Shown: piece by piece, positions 19,650-29,046 of the stretch
Layout: each line of letters begins with the position of its first letter
How positions within the stretch are numbered: position 1 is the first letter of the stretch
DNA from: Candidatus Kerfeldbacteria bacterium RIFCSPLOWO2_02_FULL_42_19
Lineage (GTDB): Bacteria > Patescibacteriota > Patescibacteriia > HO2-48-17
Direction: 5' to 3'
Length of the DNA stretch: 64,000 nucleotides
Assembly (NCBI GenBank): GCA_001818315.1
Contig: MHKF01000012.1
Span: 128,080-192,079, forward strand
The notes under the pieces: model-generated
The model's input: the letters and a program-made list of their open reading frames with translations, nothing else
The model's database searches: none
What the model was told of the DNA's origin: nothing
Translations under genes and position numbers: made by a program

Positions 19650-20926
19650 AAAAAAATGTAACACAATTTTCTGGAGTCAGGCGTGAATCGCGCTCTATTC
19701 CTTGGGCAGCCCTTTTTCATATCTATCAACCAGATCACTGGGATCCGCGAGTGATTCGAAAGGTTGCAAAAGAAGCGTATTATCCCTTTCTACGCATGTT
19801 GCAAAAAAATCCGAATCATAAAATCACTTTGAATATTTGTGCTTCCCTTACCGAACAGTTGAGTCGTCACGGTATGTCGGACCTTTTGCGTGGCTTTGCT
19901 CTCTGCGCACAGCGCGGTCAAATTGAGTTTACTCAAACAGCAAAGTATCATCCTATTTTACCGAAATTACCGCGTAAGGAAATTATCCGGCAGTTTGAAT
20001 TGAACTATGCAACGAATCGAGCGTTTTTTGGAGAGGCTTTCGCGCCTCGAGGTGTGTTTTTACCGGAGATGTGCATGAATCACAATGTCGCTTCGATTAT
20101 TGCTGAGCTTGGATATGAGTGGATTGTGTTGGATGAAATTGCGTATGCCGGACGCATCGGCGATGTTTCGTTTCGTTATAAATATTACGATCCGAAGAGC
20201 ACATTATTGCTTTTATTCCGTAATAGAATCTTAAGCGATGTATTTTTCCGGTTGGATTTGAATACTGTCAGCGAATTTCGTAATTTTATACTCGAAAAAT
20301 TAGCGCCGCAGTCACCGCTCGTTACTGCGCTTGATGGAGAAAATCTTGGGCATCATCGCAAAGGTATGGACGGGATATATCATAAGCTTGTGCAAAGTCG
20401 ACCGTTTGTAACTATGACCTATTCTGAACTTCTCGCAACACTGCCACTCAGGAAACTCTCACATCCTTTACATCCTTCAAGTTGGGCTTCGCGTTCCGAA
20501 GAACTCGCCCGCGGAGTGCCTTATATTCGTTGGGATGATCCTACCAATCCGATTCACACGTTACTCTGGGAGATTACCCGAGGGGTCTTGAAGATTTTTT
20601 ATAAACACCAGGCGAAAACCGTTTTATGCGGTGAAGCACGGATTCGACTCGATCAGGCACTGAACAGCGATCAGTATTGGTGGGCATCCACACAACCTTG
20701 GTGGAGTGTGGAAATTCTTTTTGCAGCCCTCGATGAGTGGAAACAGGTACTTTCGCAACTCGCTGGCGTGCCTCAACAAGAGATTCAAAAGATTATGCGA
20801 CTTATCACTCGCACGAAACGTCTCGTACGTACATGGCAAGACAAGGGCGTTGCGGAGCGTCGCCGACTCGCCTATCTACGCACCGTGCAGGAGGCAAGTT
20901 TTCTTGGAGGTAAAACAGTTTTATGA
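19646..20926 (+). CDS. Glycoside hydrolase family 57 protein
   Basis: HIYQP, YHPILP, FLPEM, DGENLGHH and SDQYWWAS motifs. Confidence 0.88.
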   Translation: MKKNVTQFSGVRRESRSIPWAALFHIYQPDHWDPRVIRKVAKEAYYPFLRMLQKNPNHKITLNICASLTEQLSRHGMSDLLRGFALCAQRGQIEFTQTAKYHPILPKLPRKEIIRQFELNYATNRAFFGEAFAPRGVFLPEMCMNHNVASIIAELGYEWIVLDEIAYAGRIGDVSFRYKYYDPKSTLLLLFRNRILSDVFFRLDLNTVSEFRNFILEKLAPQSPLVTALDGENLGHHRKGMDGIYHKLVQSRPFVTMTYSELLATLPLRKLSHPLHPSSWASRSEELARGVPYIRWDDPTNPIHTLLWEITRGVLKIFYKHQAKTVLCGEARIRLDQALNSDQYWWASTQPWWSVEILFAALDEWKQVLSQLAGVPQQEIQKIMRLITRTKRLVRTWQDKGVAERRRLAYLRTVQEASFLGGKTVL

Positions 20927-22317
20927 TTTGGACTAATTTTTTACATATTTATCAGCCGCCGACGCAGAAGCAACGATGGGTGCGTAAAATCGCTAACGAA
21001 AGTTACCGCAAACTCATTCGTGGATTTTTGGATAATCCCAAAGCCAAAGTTACGATGAATGTGAATGCTGTACTTCTGGAACTTTTCGATCGATATGGAT
21101 GTCAGGATGTGATTGCCGGATTGCGTGAACTTGGCGAGCGCGGACAGATTGAATTTACGGCATCAGCAAAATATCATCCTTTTTTGCCGCTTATGCCTGA
21201 GACTGAAATTGTTCGTCAGATCGGACTGAATACGGAAACAAATCGCAAGTATTTAGGTCCGGCGTATCAACCCAAAGGTTTTTTCCCGCCTGAAATGGCA
21301 TATAATCGGCGTGTCGGTGAGATTGTGAGTAAGCTCGGTTTTCGTTGGATTATTCTTGATGAACTCGCTTCTGCGCCTGCAACAGGGACACTGTCTGCGA
21401 GCGCACTGTATGAAATTAAAGGCATCCCCGATTTTTATGTTTTTTTTCGTGATCGCGCCATGAGCTTTCGAATTCTTTCTGCACAGGTTGGCGTGAGTGT
21501 GTTTTCAAGTAACATGTTGTTGGATTTTTTAGGTGATCGTTTGAATCGTAACGAATATTTACTTACGGCAATGGACGGCGAAACATTTGGACATCATCGA
21601 CCGGGTCTTGAGATGTTATTGTTTGAGATTTACAAAGCAGAGGGCATTACTTCTCTCACGATTTCTCAGCTTTTTGAACATTTTCACGAAAAACGTGTTA
21701 TTGATCCGCGTGATTCCACGTGGGCATTGATGCGTCGGGATTTGGAACGTAATACACCTTTTTCGCGTTGGAAGAATGAACAGAACGAAATTCAAATGTG
21801 GCAATGGGAGCTTACCGATTTGGCGATTCGGAATGTGGAGCACTTTGAACGCGCTAAGCAGGTTACTGCGGCACAGCGTGCAGCGCTCGATCGCGCGCTG
21901 CACAGCGATCAATATTGGTGGGCTTCCGCTGAGCCGTGGTGGAGTATTGAAATGATCGAGGCAGGTGCAAAAGAGTTACGGGATGTTGTTTTGAGTCTGA
22001 GTGTTTCAGCTGCTACAAAGCGTAAAGCAGAAGAACTCTACAAAAATATTTTGTATCGAGCTTTTGATTGGCAGCGGTCAGGCAAAGTCGAAACGATGGC
22101 GAAAATGGCGGATGAAGATGTGACGCAGCGCATTACGACCGAGATTCCTTATATTCCGGAAGAAGAATTTAATACGATCGTTGCGAATTTGACGAAGCAA
22201 ATGAAGCAGGCTGCAGATGCTTTAGAATACGAACGCGCAGCGCAGATTCGCGAGCGCATTAGCGAGTTGAATGCAAAGAAAGACGAAATTACACAACCGA
22301 AAGAGTATCGACCGTGA
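20923..22317 (+). CDS. Glycoside hydrolase family 57 protein with a C-terminal UvrB/UvrC (UVR) motif
   Basis: HIYQP, FPPEM and DGETFGHH motifs; tail LTKQMKQAADALEYERAAQIRERISEL. Confidence 0.88.
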   Translation: MIWTNFLHIYQPPTQKQRWVRKIANESYRKLIRGFLDNPKAKVTMNVNAVLLELFDRYGCQDVIAGLRELGERGQIEFTASAKYHPFLPLMPETEIVRQIGLNTETNRKYLGPAYQPKGFFPPEMAYNRRVGEIVSKLGFRWIILDELASAPATGTLSASALYEIKGIPDFYVFFRDRAMSFRILSAQVGVSVFSSNMLLDFLGDRLNRNEYLLTAMDGETFGHHRPGLEMLLFEIYKAEGITSLTISQLFEHFHEKRVIDPRDSTWALMRRDLERNTPFSRWKNEQNEIQMWQWELTDLAIRNVEHFERAKQVTAAQRAALDRALHSDQYWWASAEPWWSIEMIEAGAKELRDVVLSLSVSAATKRKAEELYKNILYRAFDWQRSGKVETMAKMADEDVTQRITTEIPYIPEEEFNTIVANLTKQMKQAADALEYERAAQIRERISELNAKKDEITQPKEYRP

Positions 22318-22319
22318 AG

Positions 22320-22412
22320 CGAGGAGTTGAGTGTAGGGATAGTATAGCTTTCGAAGCACTAACATTGTACTGTGTGCTGAGAAAGTATATTATCCCTACA
22401 CTCAACTCCTCG
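22320..22412. repeat. Fold-back element, family I, copy 2
   Basis: Perfect 22-bp arms (CGAGGAGTTGAGTGTAGGGATA) around the family I core; starts 2 nt after the GH57 stop codon. Confidence 0.9.
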
Positions 22413-22488
22413 TGCAATCGATTTGGATTATTGCAACGATGCGCCTTCTCGGTCATAATAATATCAAGATGTTCATTTGTGATTTTTA

Positions 22489-23955
22489 ATGTACATGAAA
22501 GCATTGCGTGTTTTATTTATTGCTTCTGAATTGAATCCACTCGCAAAAGTTGGAGGTCTTGCGGATGTTATTGGAGCTTTGCCGAAAGCTCTCAAAAAGC
22601 AAGGTGTGGATGTGCGAATCATGATCCCAAAGTATAGCATGATTGATCCCAAGCAATATCCGATGCAGCGTATTGCGCGACGCATTCCGGTGCGCCTCTA
22701 TAATCGCACTTACTTGGTTAATGTTTTTACAACGAAACTTCCGGGCACTTCCATCACGGTATATCTCATCGATCAAAAGGATTTCTTTGCAGACGGCGGA
22801 GTGTATTATTCAAAGACAGCTCTTGTAGGTACTTTTAAAGAAATCGAGAGATTTTTGTTTTTCGGTCGTGCGGCCCTTGAAAGCCTTCCGCATCTCGGCT
22901 GGAAGCCAGATATTTTGCATTGTAATGATTGGCACACCGCGTTTATTCCTGTATGGCTTAAGACCATCTATTGTTGTCATCATCCATTTTACGCTTCACT
23001 TCGCACGTTATATACCATTCATAATCTTGCGAATCAAGGCATTGGTGATCTGAAGCTTTTAAAAGTTGCGAATGTTTCTACGCGAGCTCTCCCGAGTCTT
23101 GAACGTGATGCTCGGAATAATGATATTGATCTCATGGTACAAGGTATTCTCACAAGCGACGCGATCAATACGGTGAGTCCAACGTATGTGAAGGAGATTC
23201 TGACACCGGAATACGGTGAGCGTTTAGACCCAGTCCTCAAACTCCGCCAGCGTGATCTTTATGGGATTTTGAACGGTATTGATACGGATGTTTTTAATCC
23301 TTCCACTGATGTGCATATTCGACAGCGTTATTCGGTGAAGAGTTTTGAACAGAAGCAGATCAATAAGGCGGCCTTGCAACAAATGTGTGGTTTTCATGTC
23401 GATCCGCGTGTACCCGTTTTTGGTATGGTATCGCGTTTGACTCATCAAAAAGGATTCGATCTTTTAATCAAACTGCGTAAGGAACTTATAAAACTTCCTA
23501 TGCAACTTGTCATTTTGGGCACTGGCGATGCAACGATTGAAAAAGCCCTTGTGGCGCTCAGCAAACGATCGTCGCGCACGATGTGTATTTTTTTGAAATT
23601 TGATGCCAAGCTCGCGCAGATGATTTATGCTGGCAGTGATTTTTTTCTTATGCCTTCTCGGTTTGAACCGTGTGGCCTTGGACAAATGATTGCTATGCGC
23701 TATGGTACTCCGCCTGTTGTACGATCGACTGGAGGACTTGCTGATACCGTGCGGCACCTCAAAACAGGTGTCGTCTTCCATGATTATGCCGCCAAAGCAC
23801 TTCTTGCTGCTTTACACACGGCGATCCGTATCTATCACAATCCTCACGTGTATACTGCGTTAGCGAAAGCCGGCATGAGACAAGATCTTTCGTGGGGCAG
23901 TTCTGCTCAAGTGTATATGCGATTATATCGTAAACTCCTTGCATCCCATTCATAA
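22489..23955 (+). CDS. glgA: Glycogen synthase (GT5), copy 2
   Basis: KVGGLADV, HCNDWH, TIHNLA.QG, PSRFEPCGL and TGGLADTV motifs. Confidence 0.93.
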   Translation: MYMKALRVLFIASELNPLAKVGGLADVIGALPKALKKQGVDVRIMIPKYSMIDPKQYPMQRIARRIPVRLYNRTYLVNVFTTKLPGTSITVYLIDQKDFFADGGVYYSKTALVGTFKEIERFLFFGRAALESLPHLGWKPDILHCNDWHTAFIPVWLKTIYCCHHPFYASLRTLYTIHNLANQGIGDLKLLKVANVSTRALPSLERDARNNDIDLMVQGILTSDAINTVSPTYVKEILTPEYGERLDPVLKLRQRDLYGILNGIDTDVFNPSTDVHIRQRYSVKSFEQKQINKAALQQMCGFHVDPRVPVFGMVSRLTHQKGFDLLIKLRKELIKLPMQLVILGTGDATIEKALVALSKRSSRTMCIFLKFDAKLAQMIYAGSDFFLMPSRFEPCGLGQMIAMRYGTPPVVRSTGGLADTVRHLKTGVVFHDYAAKALLAALHTAIRIYHNPHVYTALAKAGMRQDLSWGSSAQVYMRLYRKLLASHS

Positions 23956-23964
23956 CATTATTCT

Positions 23965-24894
23965 ATGCGTCCAGAAATTCGTAAAGATTATATTCAAGAT
24001 AAATATGTGATCATCGCTCCTAAGCGTGCACAGCGTCCTCATGATATTGAAAAACCGGTCACGCAATTTAAGACTGAAATTCCTGCCATGTGCGCTTTCT
24101 GCCCACAAAATATTAATAAAGTGAAGCCGGTGTATAAGAAGGGTCGGGATCATGGTTGGTTGATTTATGTCGTGAAGAATATTTTTCCTGCCGTGTCGCT
24201 TGACAATCCGGAATCTTACGGAACGCAAGAAGTGATTATCGAAACACCGGATCACACAAAACACATGGATGATTTGCCTGAGCGACATATCGCGTCGCTT
24301 CTCCATACGTATGCCGAACGAACGCGCGCTTTGGAAAAAATTTTGAACATTGATTATATTTTAATTTTTAAAAATAACGGCGGTGCAGCCGGTGCATCCT
24401 TGAAACATTCCCATTCCCAGATTTTTGCGACACGCTTTGTTCCGCCGCAGTTGATGGATAAGTCCCGCAAGGTTTTTGAGTATAAGCTTTTCAACGGCAG
24501 GTGCGTTTATTGCGATACGATCGATAAAGAATCAAAAGGTCCGCGGTTTGTATATAAAGATCAACATGTCATTGCTTTTACTCCGTATGCATCGATGCAT
24601 AATTACGAAATTTGGATTATGCCGCTTCGGCATGTGGATAACATTACGAAACTCACGCACGTGGAACATCATTCTTTTGCTCGTATCTTAAAGCGCATTC
24701 TTAAGAAAATTACCTACCTCAATTTGCCGTACAATTATTATTTTCATCAACTCGTGAACGATACGGATCAGCATTTGTATTTGAAAATTGTACCGCGCGG
24801 TTCGGTCTGGGCGGGCGTGGAAATTGGGTCTGGCCTGGTGATTAATGCGATTGCGCCGGAGGAAGCTGCTAAGTATTATCGCGGTGAATTGTAA
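23965..24894 (+). CDS. galT: GalT-like nucleotidyltransferase (HIT superfamily)
   Basis: R..RP, CAFCP, N.FPA and GASLKHSHSQ (HxHxQ) motifs. Confidence 0.85.
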   Translation: MRPEIRKDYIQDKYVIIAPKRAQRPHDIEKPVTQFKTEIPAMCAFCPQNINKVKPVYKKGRDHGWLIYVVKNIFPAVSLDNPESYGTQEVIIETPDHTKHMDDLPERHIASLLHTYAERTRALEKILNIDYILIFKNNGGAAGASLKHSHSQIFATRFVPPQLMDKSRKVFEYKLFNGRCVYCDTIDKESKGPRFVYKDQHVIAFTPYASMHNYEIWIMPLRHVDNITKLTHVEHHSFARILKRILKKITYLNLPYNYYFHQLVNDTDQHLYLKIVPRGSVWAGVEIGSGLVINAIAPEEAAKYYRGEL

Positions 24895-24926
24895 ATATTC
24901 GGGAATTTTCGTCCTGTAATTGAAAG

Positions 24927-25085
24927 AGTGAAGAACGGCGAGCATATGTTTTTTCAAATGCGTTGTGATTACCAACTTTATGAGATAGAGAGGAAAGTGT
25001 GTACGAGAGCAACTTTTTCAAACGAATATCATTCATGTTTGGATATCACAGCATTTGAAAAAACATATGCTCGCCGTTCTTCACT
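24927..25085. repeat. Fold-back element, family II, copy B
   Basis: Perfect 35-bp arms at 24927-24961 and 25051-25085; core shared with 4572-4738 while outer arms are unrelated. Confidence 0.9.
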
Positions 25086-25110
25086 ATTCATATATCAAAA
25101 ATAAGGAGAT

Positions 25111-25308
25111 ATGGAATTTGCAAATCTGCGCTGTCCCTATTGCGGACATGTACAACAGGTGACGGTGCCACAAAAAAGTTGTCTTTTTTCGCATCGCTGC
25201 GCGCGATGTCATGATCTTATTACCGTACCATCGACGAGTTCGGAATGCTGTGTAATTTGCGCTTATTCCGATACGAAGTGTCCAGTGAGTCGCTCACAGA
25301 GTAAGTAA
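25111..25308 (+). CDS. Small Cys-rich metal-binding protein resembling the GDCCVxC family
   Basis: CPYCGH...C...CARC...ECCVICAYSDTKCP; AAGGAG precedes the start. Confidence 0.75.
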   Translation: MEFANLRCPYCGHVQQVTVPQKSCLFSHRCARCHDLITVPSTSSECCVICAYSDTKCPVSRSQSK

Positions 25309-25328
25309 GTTGGAGCCTAAACACAGCA

Positions 25329-25360
25329 CAACCTCTTTACTTTGGTAGCTAAAGAGGTTG
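25329..25360. terminator. Hairpin between convergent genes
   Basis: CAACCTCTTTA...TAAAGAGGTTG, 11-bp stem. Confidence 0.65.
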
Positions 25361-27142
25361 TTATGGCGAAAGATCAAGCCCCCATTGTTCGAGTATACTT
25401 TGGAGGTATTCGAGTGTCTTTGTGTCCATCTTTGGACTCATGAGTATTTTTGTTTTCCCGAGGCGCGCTAGTTGCTCAATTGTTTGTACACCCCAACGGT
25501 CTTTGAATCCTCGAATGATTTCTTTCGTGACGCCGTACTTGTTCAGACATTCGATATTTTTTTGTTTCGCCAATTCGGAAGGCCATAGTGGAATGTGCCG
25601 TGTTTCGTTTTTCCGTCTCCCTTGTTTCTTTTTTGATTCCTCCTTTGGTTTCTTGTGCTCTATCTCTTGGCTATCAGATGTTTGGTATGTCCGAACAAAC
25701 TGGGTGTTCAGGTTGAGCATCTCCGCGATCGTACTTATGGGCCATTCGAGATCATTAATAAGTCTTGCAATAATGATTTCGCGAATCATTTGCAGCTCTG
25801 GCGTGTTGCATGCGTATCGTATCGCGCGAAGACTCTGACCGAAACTCTCGCACATCTTTCGAACCAAATTTTCCCGAGCGACTTTTGCTCGGCGTGTCCA
25901 CGATATGCAACGTTGCACAGAACATTTTGGTTTCTTTTTAAAACATGCATCTTCTGGAAAAAGGTATTTTATTTTTTCCAAGATCTGTTTATTTTGACAC
26001 AGCCCAAGTACCCTTTTTTCTATTTGTCGTACTCGTTCCCGCGTGACACCGAGATATGCACCTACTTCTTCCAATGTCTCGCCGTCGCCGCCATTGAGAC
26101 AGAATCGTCTTTCAATACAAACCCGTTCTTGCTCAAAGAGATAACATGCGTCGAAAATTTCCTCGACGAGTTTTGTAAGTTTTTTATGCGTTTCTGCATC
26201 ACACAAACTTTCTTCTATCGAGCTGCCACTAGATACAAGATCACCTCTTGTCGCGCCGTGGTTTGCATCGTTTTGAAGAGATGCGTCCAGCGAGAGAGGA
26301 TGATCATAATTGCGTAATCGGTTGAATAGATCCAAAATTTTTTTCGAACTCGTATTCATGCGTGCTGCAAGTGATTCAATTGTTGGCCGTTCACCAGAAA
26401 GCATCTCTATCTGATAGGTTATTCTATTCAACCTTTGAAGCTCGACGATCAGATGGACTGGAAATATATGAGCCTCTGCAATAGCTCTCCACATCGCTTG
26501 TTTTATCCACCAGTGTGCATAGGTTGAGAAGCGGACTCCTCGCGTATAATCATAACGTTCTACGGCATGCATAAGACCGAGCGCGCCTTCCTGCAAGAGA
26601 CTGTCTTGCGCAAGCATTGGATCCCGGATTCTACCAATGATATTCATTAGATGCCCAAGCGTAGCGCCAACGAGGTTCAGATTTTGTTCCATAATTTGAT
26701 TGCGAGCGGCAAGTCTTTCCGCGGGTGTCCCTTCTCGGAATTGTTGGAAGAGTTTAAATTGGTTGCCGAGGATTTTTTGTGCTATCGCTTCTTCCTCTGG
26801 CGTTGTGGCCTTAAAGTGTGATGTCTCGTATGTGGCGGACAGATTTTTTGGACCAGTGAAATGACGACCGTCTCCTGCTGAAGTACGCAAATGCTCACAA
26901 CCGTACTCTTCGAGTGCTTGTTGGATTTCTGCGATAATATTATCCGCAGTGCCATGTGGCAGAGACCTTTGAACCCCTGCCCTTCTGATCTCTAGAAATG
27001 TTCGGCGTAGTTCCGCCTCACTTTTGAGTTTGAGTTTCGCGATTGTTGTAATGCCTGCACTGATCAGATAGAGTTTTGTGAATGGAGATATATTCAGCGC
27101 GTCTATCGATTCTCCGGTTTCTTGTTTGTTAAGGTGCTGCAT
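25361..27142 (-). CDS. Alternative RpoD-like sigma70 factor with N- and C-terminal alphaCTD-like domains and a DnaA domain-IV-like HTH
   Basis: Sigma regions: QEGALGLMHAVERYD...RFSTYAHWWIKQA, SLD, TLEEVG...VTRERVRQIE. N-terminal SIDALNIS..LISAGITTIAKL...SEAEL; C-terminal GVQTIEQL...KTLEYLQSILEQWGLDL. AGGAGG places the start at ATG 27142. Confidence 0.85.
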   Translation of the reverse strand: MQHLNKQETGESIDALNISPFTKLYLISAGITTIAKLKLKSEAELRRTFLEIRRAGVQRSLPHGTADNIIAEIQQALEEYGCEHLRTSAGDGRHFTGPKNLSATYETSHFKATTPEEEAIAQKILGNQFKLFQQFREGTPAERLAARNQIMEQNLNLVGATLGHLMNIIGRIRDPMLAQDSLLQEGALGLMHAVERYDYTRGVRFSTYAHWWIKQAMWRAIAEAHIFPVHLIVELQRLNRITYQIEMLSGERPTIESLAARMNTSSKKILDLFNRLRNYDHPLSLDASLQNDANHGATRGDLVSSGSSIEESLCDAETHKKLTKLVEEIFDACYLFEQERVCIERRFCLNGGDGETLEEVGAYLGVTRERVRQIEKRVLGLCQNKQILEKIKYLFPEDACFKKKPKCSVQRCISWTRRAKVARENLVRKMCESFGQSLRAIRYACNTPELQMIREIIIARLINDLEWPISTIAEMLNLNTQFVRTYQTSDSQEIEHKKPKEESKKKQGRRKNETRHIPLWPSELAKQKNIECLNKYGVTKEIIRGFKDRWGVQTIEQLARLGKTKILMSPKMDTKTLEYLQSILEQWGLDLSP

Positions 27143-27208
27143 GTGTCCCTCCTGTCTTTTCGTTGTGATGTATTCTGATTTCACTCAAGTCTTCTGTGAC
27201 TTGAGATG

Positions 27209-27237
27209 AGGGTATAACGTTAGTTTTGTGTCGTCAA
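27209..27237 (-). promoter_or_regulatory. Putative promoter of the alternative sigma gene
   Basis: TTGACG-17 nt-TACCCT on the minus strand, followed by an 8-bp hairpin at 27184-27205. Confidence 0.45.
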
Positions 27238-27310
27238 GCATGTCTTAAAAACGCAATCAGACTGTGAAAACTTTTTGAGAGATGTTTCGCACAGTCTGTT
27301 TGAGAATGTT

Positions 27311-28003
27311 TCAAAAGAATTTTTCCTCAATCATTCGGAGCCACCGAAGCCATTTTTCTGGATCGGCGTCGAACTCCGGGCGTTTGAGGGTCAGGACGTT
27401 TCGTGCGAGCACAGCGTCGAAAGTAGTCCCGTCGAAGCTTCCCAGAATGACGCCGATGAACAGGCCGGAGTTGATGTGCACGTCTTGTTGCATGCACGAT
27501 GACACCTGCGTGCTGTGATCTGGTTCTTCGTGAAAGAGATGTTCGAGCTTTGGTGCAGCGTTGATGAGTTTTTGTTTGTATTGTTGTGTGAACGTTTCTT
27601 TCGCTGCATACTTCGCGTTTGTGTGTACAAAGAGCCGGAGGAACCTTCCGAGCATTCGCCACAGAAAGATCAATGTCGTGAGGCTTTCGTGTCCCAAGAT
27701 CTGTATGATTGCGTTGAGTGCGCAGGGGTCAATCACGAGGGAATTTTCGTATCCCTGGTGGAGGAGATGAGGCTGCATGAAGACGAGGGGCTTTATGAAG
27801 TCTGGTTCGCGGTGCTGTGGGATTGTCGACATCAGGACTCGCGGTTTGAGCTGTAGATCATGGGGGAGTTGCTCGGCGAAGCCTAGGAAGTTAAGCTTGA
27901 GGAATTCAGCGGGGTTATACTCTTCTGCTTTGGCGAATCCTGGCTCGTCATCCATGTATCCGAAGATACCAAGTCTCTCTTTTTGTGTATCCAGTTTTTG
28001 CAT
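27311..28003 (-). CDS. Unknown-family protein, paralogue A
   Basis: Full-length similarity to 30039-30725 (LWRMLGRFLRLFV, EEP.HS, DVHINS.LF.GV.LGSF.G.TF, KRPEF...WL.WLRMIE.KFF); start set at MQKLD. Confidence 0.8.
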   Translation of the reverse strand: MQKLDTQKERLGIFGYMDDEPGFAKAEEYNPAEFLKLNFLGFAEQLPHDLQLKPRVLMSTIPQHREPDFIKPLVFMQPHLLHQGYENSLVIDPCALNAIIQILGHESLTTLIFLWRMLGRFLRLFVHTNAKYAAKETFTQQYKQKLINAAPKLEHLFHEEPDHSTQVSSCMQQDVHINSGLFIGVILGSFDGTTFDAVLARNVLTLKRPEFDADPEKWLRWLRMIEEKFF

Positions 28004-28062
28004 CTTTTTTCCTTTCTTTGATTTTTTGTTCCTCGGGTTTTCCGAAAATATTTGCGGCATTA

Positions 28063-28116
28063 TTGACGAATGGCGCTTTTGAGAGCAAAGTTCTCATAAG
28101 CTTCGATCTTTGTCAA
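28063..28116. promoter_or_regulatory. Overlapping divergent promoters with interleaved -10 boxes
   Basis: Plus strand: TTGACG (28063)-17-CAAAGT (28086-28091). Minus strand: TTGACA (28116)-17-GAACTT (28093-28088) with extended TG. Confidence 0.5.
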
Positions 28117-28145
28117 GAGGTTTCTATTCGAGGAGATTGATGATA

Positions 28146-28946
28146 ATGGAAAAAAACACTGTTTATTGTCAGATTCGTAAGCAATGGATTACCGCAGCCA
28201 TCTGCAGTATGTTGCAAGGTGTTCCGGATTGCGCTGGTTGTGCAGCTCCGACGCGACAATGCGAGCATTGTAAAAAACGGATTGTTGAATTTCCGGATAC
28301 CGGTTTGTGCAGGGAGTGTTCACAGAAGGATCCGGAGCAACATAATGCATCTCTGGCTCATTCTATTCCTTCGCGTTCTATGCGTTGGACGCTTTGGCAC
28401 GTTCAAGAAGATCAACCCAACTTTCAGGAGCTTTTGGCACAGGCAGAAACGCTTGTGAGGAAAGAAGGAAAAGCATCGGCGCGTCTCCTCTGTCAGAAAT
28501 TCAATGTAACGCATAGCATTGCAAAGCGGCTGATTCAGGCTTTGGAGACGAGTAGTATTATAGGTCCACCTTATGCTCGTAGACCGCGACGCGTTTTGTC
28601 AGTTCGATCTTCTGTAGATGTTCCCAGTCAAAATCAACCTGAGAACGAGTCTACTGATAAGCCAGTTCTTCCGGTCGGTGAGACTGTTTCTTCAGTCTCT
28701 TCTGATACAGTGCTTGAGACACAGGTTTTCTCTCTTACTCTACCATCGTACTTATGTCACGATGTTTCGGGTGAGTCTACCCATGATTCGGCTGCCGTGG
28801 GTTGGTCTCTCAAGATGGAGTTACTTGTGCGTATTCTGCAGGTGTTGCCTTCACAATCTCAAGCGTCAAAAATTATTCGGACAATCATGGACGACGTCCG
28901 TATCATTCACGCGATCCAACATCTGTTCATCCCCGCTGATCATTAA
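28146..28946 (+). CDS. Cys-rich N-terminal region fused to an FtsK gamma-like winged helix, no ATPase domain
   Basis: C..R.....C, CAGC, CEHC, CREC, then ELLAQAETLVRKEGKASARLLCQKFNVTHSIAKRLIQALETSSIIGP....RPRRVL; AGGAG precedes the start. Confidence 0.75.
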   Translation: MEKNTVYCQIRKQWITAAICSMLQGVPDCAGCAAPTRQCEHCKKRIVEFPDTGLCRECSQKDPEQHNASLAHSIPSRSMRWTLWHVQEDQPNFQELLAQAETLVRKEGKASARLLCQKFNVTHSIAKRLIQALETSSIIGPPYARRPRRVLSVRSSVDVPSQNQPENESTDKPVLPVGETVSSVSSDTVLETQVFSLTLPSYLCHDVSGESTHDSAAVGWSLKMELLVRILQVLPSQSQASKIIRTIMDDVRIIHAIQHLFIPADH

Positions 28947-28948
28947 GA

Positions 28949-28973
28949 GACTACTCTGTATGGAGTAGTCTTT
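28949..28973 (+). terminator. Terminator hairpin
   Basis: GACTACTC-6 nt-GAGTAGTC followed by TTT. Confidence 0.55.
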
Positions 28974-29046
28974 GCCTTTTATGACATACTACTCTGTCGC
29001 AATGAAAAAACACAGAAGGTGGATATTGTCCACCTTCTTGAGAAAG

